Below, piece by piece: positions 49,615 through 61,435 of a stretch of DNA of 64,000 bases. The position numbers and the translations under genes are program-made. Numbering within the stretch: position 1 is the stretch's first letter; every line of letters starts with the position of its first letter. The stretch comes from Azolla caroliniana (taxonomy: Eukaryota > Plantae > Polypodiophyta): contig JBHGNT010000015.1 in the NCBI GenBank assembly GCA_043228905.1, positions 1,054,001 through 1,118,000 on the forward strand, in the 5' to 3' direction. The notes under the pieces were generated by a model. The model ran no database searches. It saw nothing but the letters and a program-made list of their open reading frames with translations, and had not been told where the DNA came from.

Positions 49615-50244
49615 ATGGCTCATAGTATTGAGCACCCATATCCTTCACAAGTTAATGCATCTATGAATGATACCCCCCTCACCAAATCCAAAATTGACAC
49701 CAATATAATCATCATTACTGCCGCCCTCTTGTTTGTACTCATCTTGGCCCTTGCCATGAATGCTCTCATTCAATGTATACACCGGTATACCATACCACCT
49801 CAATTACATGCCACCACCCACCCAAGACCCACTAACATTGGCATCAAGAAAGAGGAACTCAACCTCCTTCCTAGTATTATCTTTCATGGGCAATCAACTC
49901 ATAATGGAGCTAACTACATGGATCACAACTTCACACAATGCCCCATATGCTTGAGTGATTTTAAAGAAGGGGAGACAATTCGAGTACTTCCAATGTGTGG
50001 ACATGGTTTTCACATTAAGTGTGTGGATAGATGGCTATATCGGCATACATCTTGTCCCATATGTAGAGGAGACCTAGGCTCCACACTCATGCTTTCAAGG
50101 AGAACCACTCAAGTAGAACTACAGATTGTGATAAGTTCTATGGAGCATAATGTAACACCATTAGTTTATAGGGTGTCATCAACAACCCTCTTAGGAGGAC
50201 AACAACGTTCAACAATTGTTCCTTTTCCCCAATCACCATCTTGA
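49615..50244 (+). CDS. ATL-family RING-H2 E3 ligase, intronless
   Basis: N-terminal TM (IIIITAALLFVLILALAMNALI), GLD-like GIKKEELNLLP, RING-H2 CPICLSDF...LPMCGHGFHIKCVDRWL...CPIC; first ATG at 49615. Confidence 0.9.
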   Translation: MAHSIEHPYPSQVNASMNDTPLTKSKIDTNIIIITAALLFVLILALAMNALIQCIHRYTIPPQLHATTHPRPTNIGIKKEELNLLPSIIFHGQSTHNGANYMDHNFTQCPICLSDFKEGETIRVLPMCGHGFHIKCVDRWLYRHTSCPICRGDLGSTLMLSRRTTQVELQIVISSMEHNVTPLVYRVSSTTLLGGQQRSTIVPFPQSPS

Positions 50245-51876
50245 ACTACCGACATTAATAACATTATATAATATCCATTACAGACATACTAAATCAACTA
50301 GAGAAACATTTGTATGTTGTACATGTCAAGGGAATTTAGAAACTTATATCACTAGCTTGGTCTTAAATTCCTTACATAGTTCAATAATGGAATAATAATA
50401 ACACATCTTCTCAATAACCTTTAAGCCTTGATCTTCATATGTAATACATGAAACGAAGGATGCTATATTATTGAGGGTACACAAGTCATGCAAAGGATAT
50501 TCTGTTATCAAGGACACACAAGTGTAGCTTAGCATCTCCATTATTGTACATATCTAATCAATAAAATCATAATATCCATTCAATATGCGTATATATTGAA
50601 TGTCCAATCCTACACAATGTTTGAGAATTAAGTTTCCATATACCGATATACATCGTACATCATTACCTAAAATTTACACCAGTTTAGAGTTACACTGTAT
50701 TACAACATTTCTCATATCATCAGATTCCCTCCATGTTTTCATATGCTATCCAAAGTTCAATACATTGGACTATAAACAAACAAAACAAGACAACAGCTAA
50801 TGATCCAAGCATCAGCTATTTTCGTATCACTTTTGACATCAAGGTTTACAGAGTTATGACAAGATAGCAGATCATACTTCAGTGTGACAATGTGAATATA
50901 TATCATTTCTCAATACTGAAATTATTCATCAAAAGCAACAATGACAAAAAAGACTTGAACATCTATAGGCCTAAATGCATTGTGTTGGACCGTTGATTTG
51001 TCTTTTATGAAAATTAAACCCTCCTTTCGAAGATCAGGATGAATCAAAACTTCAAAAGCACAACCTCAACGTGATAAGAGGAATCAAAAATTTCAGTAGG
51101 TCACTGCAACCAATTAAAAATAGCACAATGACAGCATCGACATTAGAAAAAGACTTGGGACATTGTACAGAAAAAAATGACCATTTTGGGCATGACAATT
51201 ATTCTAGGCCAATTTTTTTAAAGACCAAAGAGATCCTAAAAGTTCCAGAAATTCGATATCATCAGGCACCGGTTATGAGCAAAGTATCATGCCTAAAGAG
51301 AATAAAGAGATTGTAAAAAATTGTAATGTCCCCACTCAAAATATCTCTATCATTGTTGTGGAAAATGAAGATCTACTTTTAAACAATTTACTTATTGGGT
51401 CTAAAAAATTTCACTTCCAAAATACCATAACAAACAGTGATGGTAATATAGATACCAATAATAGTTCAGACGATACAAACGATGTCCCAAGTTCCAGCAA
51501 CAAACTCTAAAAAGGTATGGAGAATATTTGTGGAAAGCATCTTTAGTCCAAAATGACCGATATAAAGCCCTCTACTGTTTTCAGCACAATAAAAGATTTA
51601 CTAGTTCCATATCTTTGGTTTTGTTCCTTTCCATAGTCACATTATTAAAGCCTGCAAATTGCCAGACAAAGTCATCCTGTGGCATATTATAAATAGAATA
51701 TTAATACCATGCAGATTAATGGATTCAAAATAATATGAAAATTTTACACTTACATCAATAATCATTTTACAAAAATATTTTTTCTTTCTGAAAAAGAAAT
51801 CCTTAGCAGGTGGACATGCATGCTAGATGTCTGCCTATGTGTATGCATAGTGGGTAGTGTGTAGCAAGTACATATA

Positions 51877-52152
51877 CAATAGAAATTAGAATATCGCTAA
51901 TTTATATCTCAGTTTTACCTAGAACAAGTTGTGTCTGAAATACGGAAGAGAATCAGAAACCTCAATTCAGAAATTGAACAGCATGAAGATCAGCGTGTAC
52001 ATATATATGTATGTATGTGCACATATACATATGCAATAGAAATTAGAATATCGCTAAATTATATCTCAGCTTTACCTAGTACAAGTTCTGTCTGGAAATA
52101 CCGACAAGAATCAGAAACCTCAACTCAGAAATTGAACAGCATGAAGATCAGC
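51877..52152. repeat. About 118-bp duplication (period 157) of the last codons, stop and a 3'UTR donor of the EF-hand gene
   Basis: CAATAGAAATTAGAATATCGCTAA...TTTACCTAG...GAAATTGAACAGCATGAAGATCAGC at 51877-51994 and 52034-52152. Confidence 0.85.
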
Positions 52153-55100
52153 AGAGTGCCGCTCATCATAAAGACGTTGCTTAAAGGCTGTTGGAGCGAC
52201 ACGTTTGAATTTCAGGACTCTACAGTGCAAGTCAGATGAATACGTTATAATCATTTTAGCTCTACTACAAATTCCTAAAATACTGTAGTTTACAAACAAT
52301 AATCGACACTGCACTTGTTACATTAGATATTGCCAGTACAATTGCTATATGATAGAAACTTATACAGTAATACAGATTTTGTTTCTGATAAAAAATAACA
52401 ACTTACTACTGAAATACTTGACCATACGCATGCATAGAGACCAAATGCATACTAGATTACAAGTTAATACGTAGAAAATGCATTGATAATGGCCTATATA
52501 CAGCAGTTAAAAATAGATATTTTAGATGCATAGATTCATTGCCAGCATAGATACACGAACATTCATGTAAGAAGAGATTAGTCGTCAGATACTCATGCAA
52601 TTTTAATATTGGGGCAAAAAATCAAATCAATGAAAATTATGAACCTTTGAAAATAAGAGATTTGATTATCGTCGACTTTTGGAAGCACCGCTTTCTGAGG
52701 ACCCACTGAATGTATTTTAGGCTTCTGTACAGTCGAGATGGGTACATTGTTCTGACTACTTCCCTGCGTACATAGAAACTTTAATTTATCAACGGTTTGT
52801 GTAGCAAGTTTTGCCATCAGAAAAAGATGCATCAAGTGTGAGAACATACCCTATCAATAAATTTATTCTCAAGTGATTGAGCCTCAATGGTACTTGGGCT
52901 TTCCACATGATATGGCTCTTGTGACAGCATGTCCCCCTCTATATGGCTTTCTGTTCTCTGGTCCAAAGTCTCGGTCACCATGATTTGACTCTCTGTATTC
53001 ATAGGACTTGCGGATCTCTCTATTTTACTAATCCCATGCTTTGGAATAGGAGGCAAATGCTTTTGAATAGGCGGCAACTGCTGTGGATATGGCATCACAA
53101 AGCTGGTAAGTGCTGATTCACGTTTTTGTTTTCCAACAAAAGCAGCCTGCTCTGCATAACTGATTTTTTAAAAGAATAGAAACAGTTAGGATTATTTTCA
53201 CATACTAAATAAGAATAATATGCTCAGAAAAAGTAATTACAAGCCTACGAGTTTAAGGTTTTTTTTTTCCCTATCAAAACAACTGAAGTGTATATCATTT
53301 GAAAAATGGTTGTGCATCTTTTCTTCCTTTTTGGAAATTAATGCGTATCTGTATTTCAGTAAGAATTCATAACTAGATATATGACCACTAGAGGTGCCTG
53401 ACACTGGTGTGTACCCAACTGGGTGATACAACCAAGACCAAACTCTAAATAGTTGCAGCACTAAGGTGTGAAACTAACTAGTGAAGAGAGCTGCAGCTCA
53501 ACAAAACAGAGGTTACTTATGGAGGTCAACTAGTCATCATGGTATTGATTTTTCTAACCTTGATATTACATGCCTCCTCTCAGCATATATCTACATTCTG
53601 TTTGACATTTGACTCCATGGCTATCTTTCCACACATTGGCATCTTCTATTTTCCTAATCATAGGCAGGACACTTCAGGCCTGAATGTTATTACTGATTGA
53701 TGGCAGGAGATGGCAGGAGACAAGTCATATTGACATCATAGAAAGTACAGAATAAGTTAAGACAATATATCGCATTATCTGGATTTTCTGTCGGTGAAAC
53801 TTCTCATCTCACTAATAACCCCACAAAACAGATTTTATCAGCCCATATGAAAAATAATCTCTCAAAACATTGTTTTCTCACAGGAGGCCATCTATCATAT
53901 AAAGAGTTTTACTCATTCAGTTAGAGAAGTTGAAGTTGATGCATATGAATTGTTGCTTGATAGCTGGCTTATAGTAGGTGTACCTTAAATTTAATGGTTC
54001 ATTACTGGGGATAGTGGGTAGAACACCTGGAAACAGTTCACCTGTAAAGAGATCATATGGCAAGGACTGATGGAAATTTCTCCTGCATTTTTTCAATGTT
54101 TAAAGACGTTTAATTAATTGGTATATAACATTCTATTAAAATGAGTCATTGTTCATATATGATTGCCTGATTTTCTGCTTGCACTCAATAAGAACCTGCA
54201 ATCCTTGGCCTAGGTTGGCATCTCTTGGAGGGCAACCTACATCCGTGCCTAATCTCCTTGGAGAGGTTGGCTTCCAGCTTTAGATGTAAAACAGAAAAAG
54301 GTAATTACCATTGGAACATACCAAACGAGATTATTATTCTAGAATACGTAATTTATGGCAGTTTACAAAGAGCTATTGCATAAAACACAAATGTAAGCAG
54401 AGGGGGAATGATATATAAAGGAAAGGAGATGAATGGGCAAAAGAAGAAATAAAGATAGATCAATGTCTCCTGAAAAAAGAAATCCTCCTATGACACAAAT
54501 CATGATCAGAAGAATAGGTAACCTAAGATCCATATTAAATAAATAAAAGCACAAAAGATGCACGGAAATGTTCTTATGCATGAGGTGGCTTTACAACTAG
54601 TAATGATTCTTAAAATGGTTTAACGAGAATGAAGTGCAAAACTACTATGTATGAAATGAGCAATGGTGAGCAGACATGGTTTACAATATTAGTTGTGTGG
54701 AGTGAGGCAATGACAAAGTACACTGATTGCATCTGAATGTTAGGTGGCGACTCTGCATCCCATGGGCTAATATAAAGGTCTATCTCTCTGCTTTTAAAGT
54801 CCATAAGGATTGTGGTATATAAAAATGCATTCTAGAGGAATAGCTAGATAAGCAATCAAACATATTACAGAATCTATAGGTGAAATTATTAACAAGAACT
54901 AAACTTCTGACAAGACATCATATTTATATGTCGGTGGATTGACACTATAAGTTAGATAATAAAATGGTGCAACAATGCAGTTGCACATCCACATGCTAGA
55001 AAATGTGATGCCAAGATAGACATACAAAATCAATTGCCTTAACTTTGCCTCATGCTAGATTTATGTGCAGAAGCCATTAGATATCATTGTTGGGGTAAAA

Positions 55101-58100
55101 GCCCTAGGCTCCCCTTATCATGTGCCACCTATTCTGTAATGAAGTTGCCAAACCTACTCTGTAATAAGTGTGGCAACATACCCAGCTGTTGATTCACATA
55201 TTTTTTATGATAAAAGAGTGCCCCGCCTCTCCAAATGATTATCCCCTGACATTCGAAACCCTGTGAAAGTCAGGGACTTTACCCTAACCTCGTGTGCTTT
55301 TCTCTAGGTGGACAGAGCCCCCTTTTCACCTTTCTTGGTTTCCATCCTGCTTTTATTTTTTCCTTTCACCCAGGTGTATTCTTGACAGAATTTTACTTAC
55401 AGCAAAGTCTGTATCTTCTGTACCCTAACCTCCTCTATCTTCTTATTTACTTATTTACTTTTATGTTTACTTAGTAACATTTATTTTATTTTGATTTGTT
55501 GTTCTCAAATAGGAGACAACACTTTAGATGTAATCGCTTGTTTGGTCTTAGAGGCCATTTTGGCCTCTTAAAAGAGGTTAACATATCTTTCTATATACTT
55601 GACTTGTTTATCTTACTTTTTTTATTATCTTTAGTCTCTTTTTATCTCACTTTATTTATTTATTTATTTTGATTTGTTCTTCTCAAAGATGAGACAACAC
55701 GTACGATGTAATCTCTTCTTTGGTCTTATAGGCCATTTTGGCCTCTTAAAAGACGTTAATATATCTTTCTTTCCATAGAGTAGAAACCTGGAGACTGAGT
55801 CTTAACAAGGAAAATAACTGGAAAGGTTAAGAGAGACCTTTAGTCTCAATGATTGATGCATGATAATGAGCAAAGCATCGGTGCCCCATGATAAAATCTG
55901 GGCAGTGATGGGACCAGCCCCTATAATCAATGAGGCATTATTCTCATCCATGACTTGCACCCAATGGCATTGGGAGCTCCCTAAACAAAGGTTGGCATTT
56001 ATGTCATCAAAACAGCTTGCTGAACATGGAGATATTCATTGTTGGTATGCTGAAATGCAACAATGGATCAAGTCACATGGGATAAGCATAAATGCACAAC
56101 CTCTGTTCTAGTATCACATGGATTGCCCCCATCTAAACATGACCAAAGTAGAAAAGAATAGAGTGATCTGAACTAATATTATTAACTTGGAAAACAAGAT
56201 AACATGGATCAGCCCCAAAACATCACTTCGTAGGAAGATTTTGAATATTAAGAACAAAAGGGAAATTTATCACCCTTAAAGGTTACTCTGGCCCACACAG
56301 TGTGAAGATTTTCAAGCAGAGATGCATTGCTAAAAAGATGAATACATGTGTATGTGAGATGCTTCCTCTTTGAGGTTCTAAGCATTCATGGTTAATCATT
56401 TCTGCATCTGCCATTGTTCCAGAATTAAAGAAAAAAGGAGTAGAATGGGGGAGTAAAGCATTAAAAAACATGGGCAAGGAAGATAATAACATGGACAGCC
56501 AAGGGTTAGCAGCAACAAAAATCTAGTCATTGTAGGAATACAGCCATCATGACATCCTTTTTAAACCATGTCACGCAACCAGTGGAATAAGCTGAAAACA
56601 TTACCTATGAAGGTTCCTCAAAAATTTTGCAAATTTATTGTACCTGCAAAACGTATTTGAAGGAGAATTAAAACATGATTATAATAGGACTATATAAGAT
56701 GGCAAGCGCCAGAATCACATACTTGTAGATAAAACTTTAACCAAGTATTCAGGAAGGTTTCATCTTATGCATTGTCTATCCATGCCTTATGACCATGTCA
56801 GTATTTCTTATCATAATTCCAGTGCAGAAGTTTTGAAAGACTCCCAAATCCTTATTAATGCAATCATCATCTCAAAGGCAGTCATTCTCTAGGGGATAGA
56901 TTGTACTTCAGAGTACTCCAATGTCGTGCGAGGATGGTCAATGCTATTATCCCTATTTATGTGTCAAACCAGCTATTGCACATGACCAAAGGCATGGTTT
57001 GGATATACCTTGATGTATTTATACCCAAACGGTCTGCATAAATCTTTGGTTATCGTTTAAATGGTCAGGTTGTGAAGGAAAAAACAACCAGTACTATTGG
57101 CAGCCTTAGAAAAACCAGAAGGATGATTCATGATCAGTTTCAAAAATTAAAGGCTTTAGATATCAGTAATGGTACTCTTAGAATTGATTGTACAAGGACT
57201 AGTTCTACCGAACTTTATTAACAGATTTAAGTTATAATCACCCTATACCACACACAAAGCCATTCTTATCTGAAGCAATTGAAAAATCTAACAATCAATG
57301 GTTGAACAGAAACATAGACACTAGCAACCATAATCAGGGTGAGCCTCATAAAACAGACACGCTATGCAGGGTGAAGAAAAAAGGTTGAGAGCATTAAGGG
57401 AGAGAAGACGCATGGAAGAAGCACAAATCGGGAATCAGGAACAGAAGCTGAAAATTGCAGCAACTGGCCATTGCATGCAGCATAGCAGCACAATTGCCTG
57501 GAATTTGTCATGCAAGCAAAATGTGAATCTGCCATCATAGAAGATGCAATCCTTGAGACTGTTTTCTGAGAGGAAAATGCCACAAAAGAAACGGTGTCTC
57601 TCCTGCCTTTTTCTTAGACATTCAAAGCTGCAATCTAAGACTATAAAATGTGCAGAGACAAGTACCAAAACTGCTGAAAACTTTACTAACCAGCCAGATA
57701 CTCCAAGGTATTATACTTGGATGCAAAATAGCCAAGCAAATATACATCCTTTAATCATGGTTATACCATACCATCTATGAATGTGATTGTCATATATTTT
57801 GTAACTAAAAAACTCATTGTTAATGCCAAATTCTGAAACAAGTACCAAAACTGCTGAAAACTGCTTACCAGCCAGATATTGACACTTACATCTCCAAGGT
57901 ATTATACTAGGATGCAAAAGAGCCAAGCAAACATACATCCTTTAATCATGGTTATACCATACCATCTATGAATGCGATGGTCATATATTTTGTAATTAAA
58001 AAAAATCATTGTTAATGCCAAAATCTAGATTGTGGTACCTAATATGACCAGTTTTCTCACTATCTGAGTAAGAGAGAACTTCATTAAACTCTTTTTCAGA

Positions 58101-60748
58101 GAAGTGCACGCCAAAAGCCTCTAAGCTTTTCCGAAAATTTTGATAGTTAATCTGCAGAGAAAATGGTCTATTGAAACATTAACAATCTAAATCATAAATA
58201 AATTGCTGGATTTTCTCGGCATTCATACAAACCAAAGAAGCAAAAAATGACGATATATTAACGTCACTGAAAGACCTTAGTGGTCTATGAAACATAACAA
58301 ACATTACAACTAACGATTCCCTTGGAGATAAAAGGGTTCATATATAGAATCGAATCTTCCAAGATAATATAAACAATTAATTTTATGCTTAAACCGTAAT
58401 CTAATGGGATGTGAATCCTGCACACACTGGGCAGCTCATAACGTAACAGTTTCAGGTAATGACTCAAAAATGCATGTGTAAAAATTCTAAAAGATAACAT
58501 TCACTAGGAACTCATGTATAATTAAAAATGTGCAATACTAGCCAGCTTCAGCAAGTTTAAGCTAAAGAAGACATAAATGTGTAAACCCATTGCAAGAAAC
58601 CACAGAAATATTTATATATTTGTAAAGAGGGTTTGCAAATACATAAGGGTGTGAGTGTCTCTCGAACACTTGTACTGAGGAATAATGCTCTTTAAAATAC
58701 AAAATAGATCAGTTAAATTTTGATCTGTCTCACAAGTTTGAAAGGCCTCAAACATCCTAGTGATTCCAAAAACTGAAAACCCCTGAAGGGAAAAATCTTT
58801 TAGTTACATGTGTGGATAAAAGAAAAATGTAAACCAGGTACCATCCATTGATGGTTAGCATCCAACCAGATAGCTGAGAATGCTACAAAAAGATGCAACT
58901 GATCCACTACTTCAAATGTTCAAACTCTCTCATTGTGTTAAGTTTAAGATATTGCATAAATGTCTGTAGAAAGGAAGGCAGAAGATAAAATTCTTAACCT
59001 GTCTTGTGTTTCCAGCATCAAATTTATTACATACTAGTGGCAGCATTCCGAGCTTTCCATAAACCTGGAGAAATGTCACTGTCAGATGACTTCACATTAG
59101 GCTGAATAGCTTGAATTTCAAAAAACTTTTAACTACATTAGAGCAAAAAGAAATGGAAAAGCAGAGCATATTCATGTCCATAGAAAGATTGTGTCTTTGT
59201 TTGCATCAAGACTAATAATATAATTATAAGAACTCTTCATAAGGTTTCTATTATTTTAAGGATAATAAAGAAGATCATTTCGAAGTGATCTCTACAGAAA
59301 CTTCAAGACATCAACTATGAGACTTTGACGCTTCTTTATCAAGTGCAAATGTTGGACAATCTACCGATAATCAATAAATTTGTGAATTTATCATATGCTC
59401 AAAAGGTACATGATCAAAGAGAAGTTTGGGTTGTCACATAATTCATACCATTAAAAAAGGGAGGTGTATAGCTGATTTAATAGCTATAGAAATATCTCAA
59501 GGAGCAGGGTGACATCTTGAATGTAAAAAGCAGGGATTAAATGTAAATATAAATCCCAATAAAACGTTATATACACATATCCAACCATGCCATGAGATCT
59601 ATTACTGTCACATCCATGTAAAGCTAGTTACACAAGACAAATAAGAAATTTTGGAAGCTAGAAAGAAAATATTAGTAAGTAGAAGAGGAAGAGCATCATT
59701 CAAGATTCACTATATTTCGTGTATATATTCAAGCTTGCTTGAGAAGACAAATTCTTTTGTTCTTACTTTATCTAGAATCTTTTCAAGAGAACCCCTTTCA
59801 TCTCTATGTGGTGGAAGTATCTTTTTCTTCATCCAATTCACACCTGGAATAAACAGACGGACTTACAGTATGCATGCATTCTTATTATATGAGGAAAACC
59901 TTAATCTTCAGTCAGCTCGTGTAAAATTTATTTATTTAGACTAAGACTTCACCCACCCCCTCCCTCCTTATTGCATAGTGACATTGGGTACACATTTCCA
60001 GGACAAGGAACACAGGATGAGATAGGAATGAGAGAAACTTATGCATTAGAGAAATATGGTAAAGCTTGGATCTGTAAAGAACATGCCTAAACCTTGTGTT
60101 TATTGAAAGGTAAAGCACTTACTTTTATGAAGTGAATCTTGGTTCTCATATGTATATATAGGTTCAAGTGGGCTAGAAGTAATAGTTCTTCTGAATCCAA
60201 ACTGCCTTTTACCAATGTCAATGTCATAGAGATCAAGGCCTTGTCCGAATATTGTCCTATTCCGCCTATATATTGTGATTAAATATGGAGTTGTTCTGTT
60301 AATACACATTTAAACAAAGAATATGTAGAACTTAGAAACATGATGAGCATTCATCTCTTCTTACGTGTGTGTCTTTTTAGATGGGTGAAACCCAGCATCA
60401 TCAGTATAATCATGAGAACACCTGAGAAGCCTTTTACACATCGAAACTGGTTTGGTGCCAGGAATATCACTTGTATCTAACAGATCTGTCACTCTTCTAG
60501 AAAAAGGGACCTGAGGTAGTAAATTTCATCCATGAATCCACAAATATTATCACTTCGCTTCCTTTACAGTTAAAAACAAATCACTTGGTAAGTATATATA
60601 CCATGTCACCGCAAGGTAATAGACATTTTCCAGAAGGCAACTTATACTTAGGATCAAGGGGATTTACAGACCGACATGTATCCAAGCTTTTGTACTTAAT
60701 TGGCGGTTTTCTTGGCATCCATACTTCAGGAAACATCTTATCAGACAC
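52120..60748 (-). CDS. Uncharacterised EF-hand protein with NPLxPxY/DIPG motifs, at least 10 exons, 5' end probably outside or unresolved
   Basis: Phase-consistent GT-AG exons 60748-60602, 60510-60365, 60265-60123, 59843-59767, 59064-58999, 58151-58039, 56643-56605, 53159-52850, 52763-52645, 52219-52120; EF-hand-like pair KFDAGNTRQINYQNFRKSL...EFNEVLSYSDSEKTGHIRYNKFAKFL. Confidence 0.78.
55088..55807 (+). mobile_element. LTR-like relic in an intron
   Basis: Begins TGTTGGGGTAAA.GCCCTA like the LTR at 61436; ends ...TTAACA; internal ~175-bp tandem duplication; no TSD seen. Confidence 0.45.
55860..56230 (+). mobile_element. Possible non-LTR retrotransposon C-terminal remnant
   Basis: Intronic antisense ORF WAVMGPAPIINEALF...CWYAEMQQWIKSHGI resembles LINE ORF2 tails; weak. 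Confidence 0.25.
57658..58023. repeat. About 180-bp tandem duplication beside the 58039 donor
   Basis: ACAAGTACCAAAACTGCTGAAAACT...GGTTATACCATACCATCTATGAATG...TTGTTAATGCCAAA occurs twice. Confidence 0.85.
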
Positions 60749-61435
60749 CTGGATAAATAGAAGCACAGTTCTTAATATGTTGACTCATTTTTCTACTCAT
60801 GAAACTGCAAAGAATTCACAATCTACAATTAATAAAATTAGAAAACCAAAATAACTACATCCGCAATGAGATCTCTAATATGTAATTTGTATAAAAAGGC
60901 CTTTCTTTGCTTAAGGGAATCATAATAATGAGAGTAATCTAAATCCAATGAGGTGGAGTACAAAGATAGTGGAGGACAGAGAAGGGCACCTTTACATAGT
61001 AGCTTCAATTCTCCAATAGTCAAATGACAGTCCAAACCTTGGATTCCCATAATTGTTGATCAAACCATTCAGGAACATTACAGGCGTTTTGTGCATAAAG
61101 AGATCCTATGGTCAGACTAGAGGTGAACTAAGTGACAATCTTCAAAATATATGCAGCTTGAGTCATCCTGAGGTTATACAGTGTGGGCTATGCCAGTTGA
61201 ACCTCTGACATCTGTCTGCTTGGAGGTCACAGTTGTGAGACCACAGTTTGACCCATCTACAGGAATCCTAGTTTAATGAAGATTGGATATAGATTAAGCA
61301 CTCAGAGATATTTAAAACCTGACAATGCGAAGAAAGGTAGGTAGATAAATAGATAGATAGATATTTTTAAAGGCAAGTCCACGAGCTTCATATGGAAGAA
61401 AGGAAGAGCTACAACTAAAATCCATATCAACTTAG

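Noticed and set aside
57362-57780. Overlapping 70-80 aa ORFs in the EF-hand gene intron
   Set aside because: No motif, and the flanking exons already join in frame to complete the EF-hand
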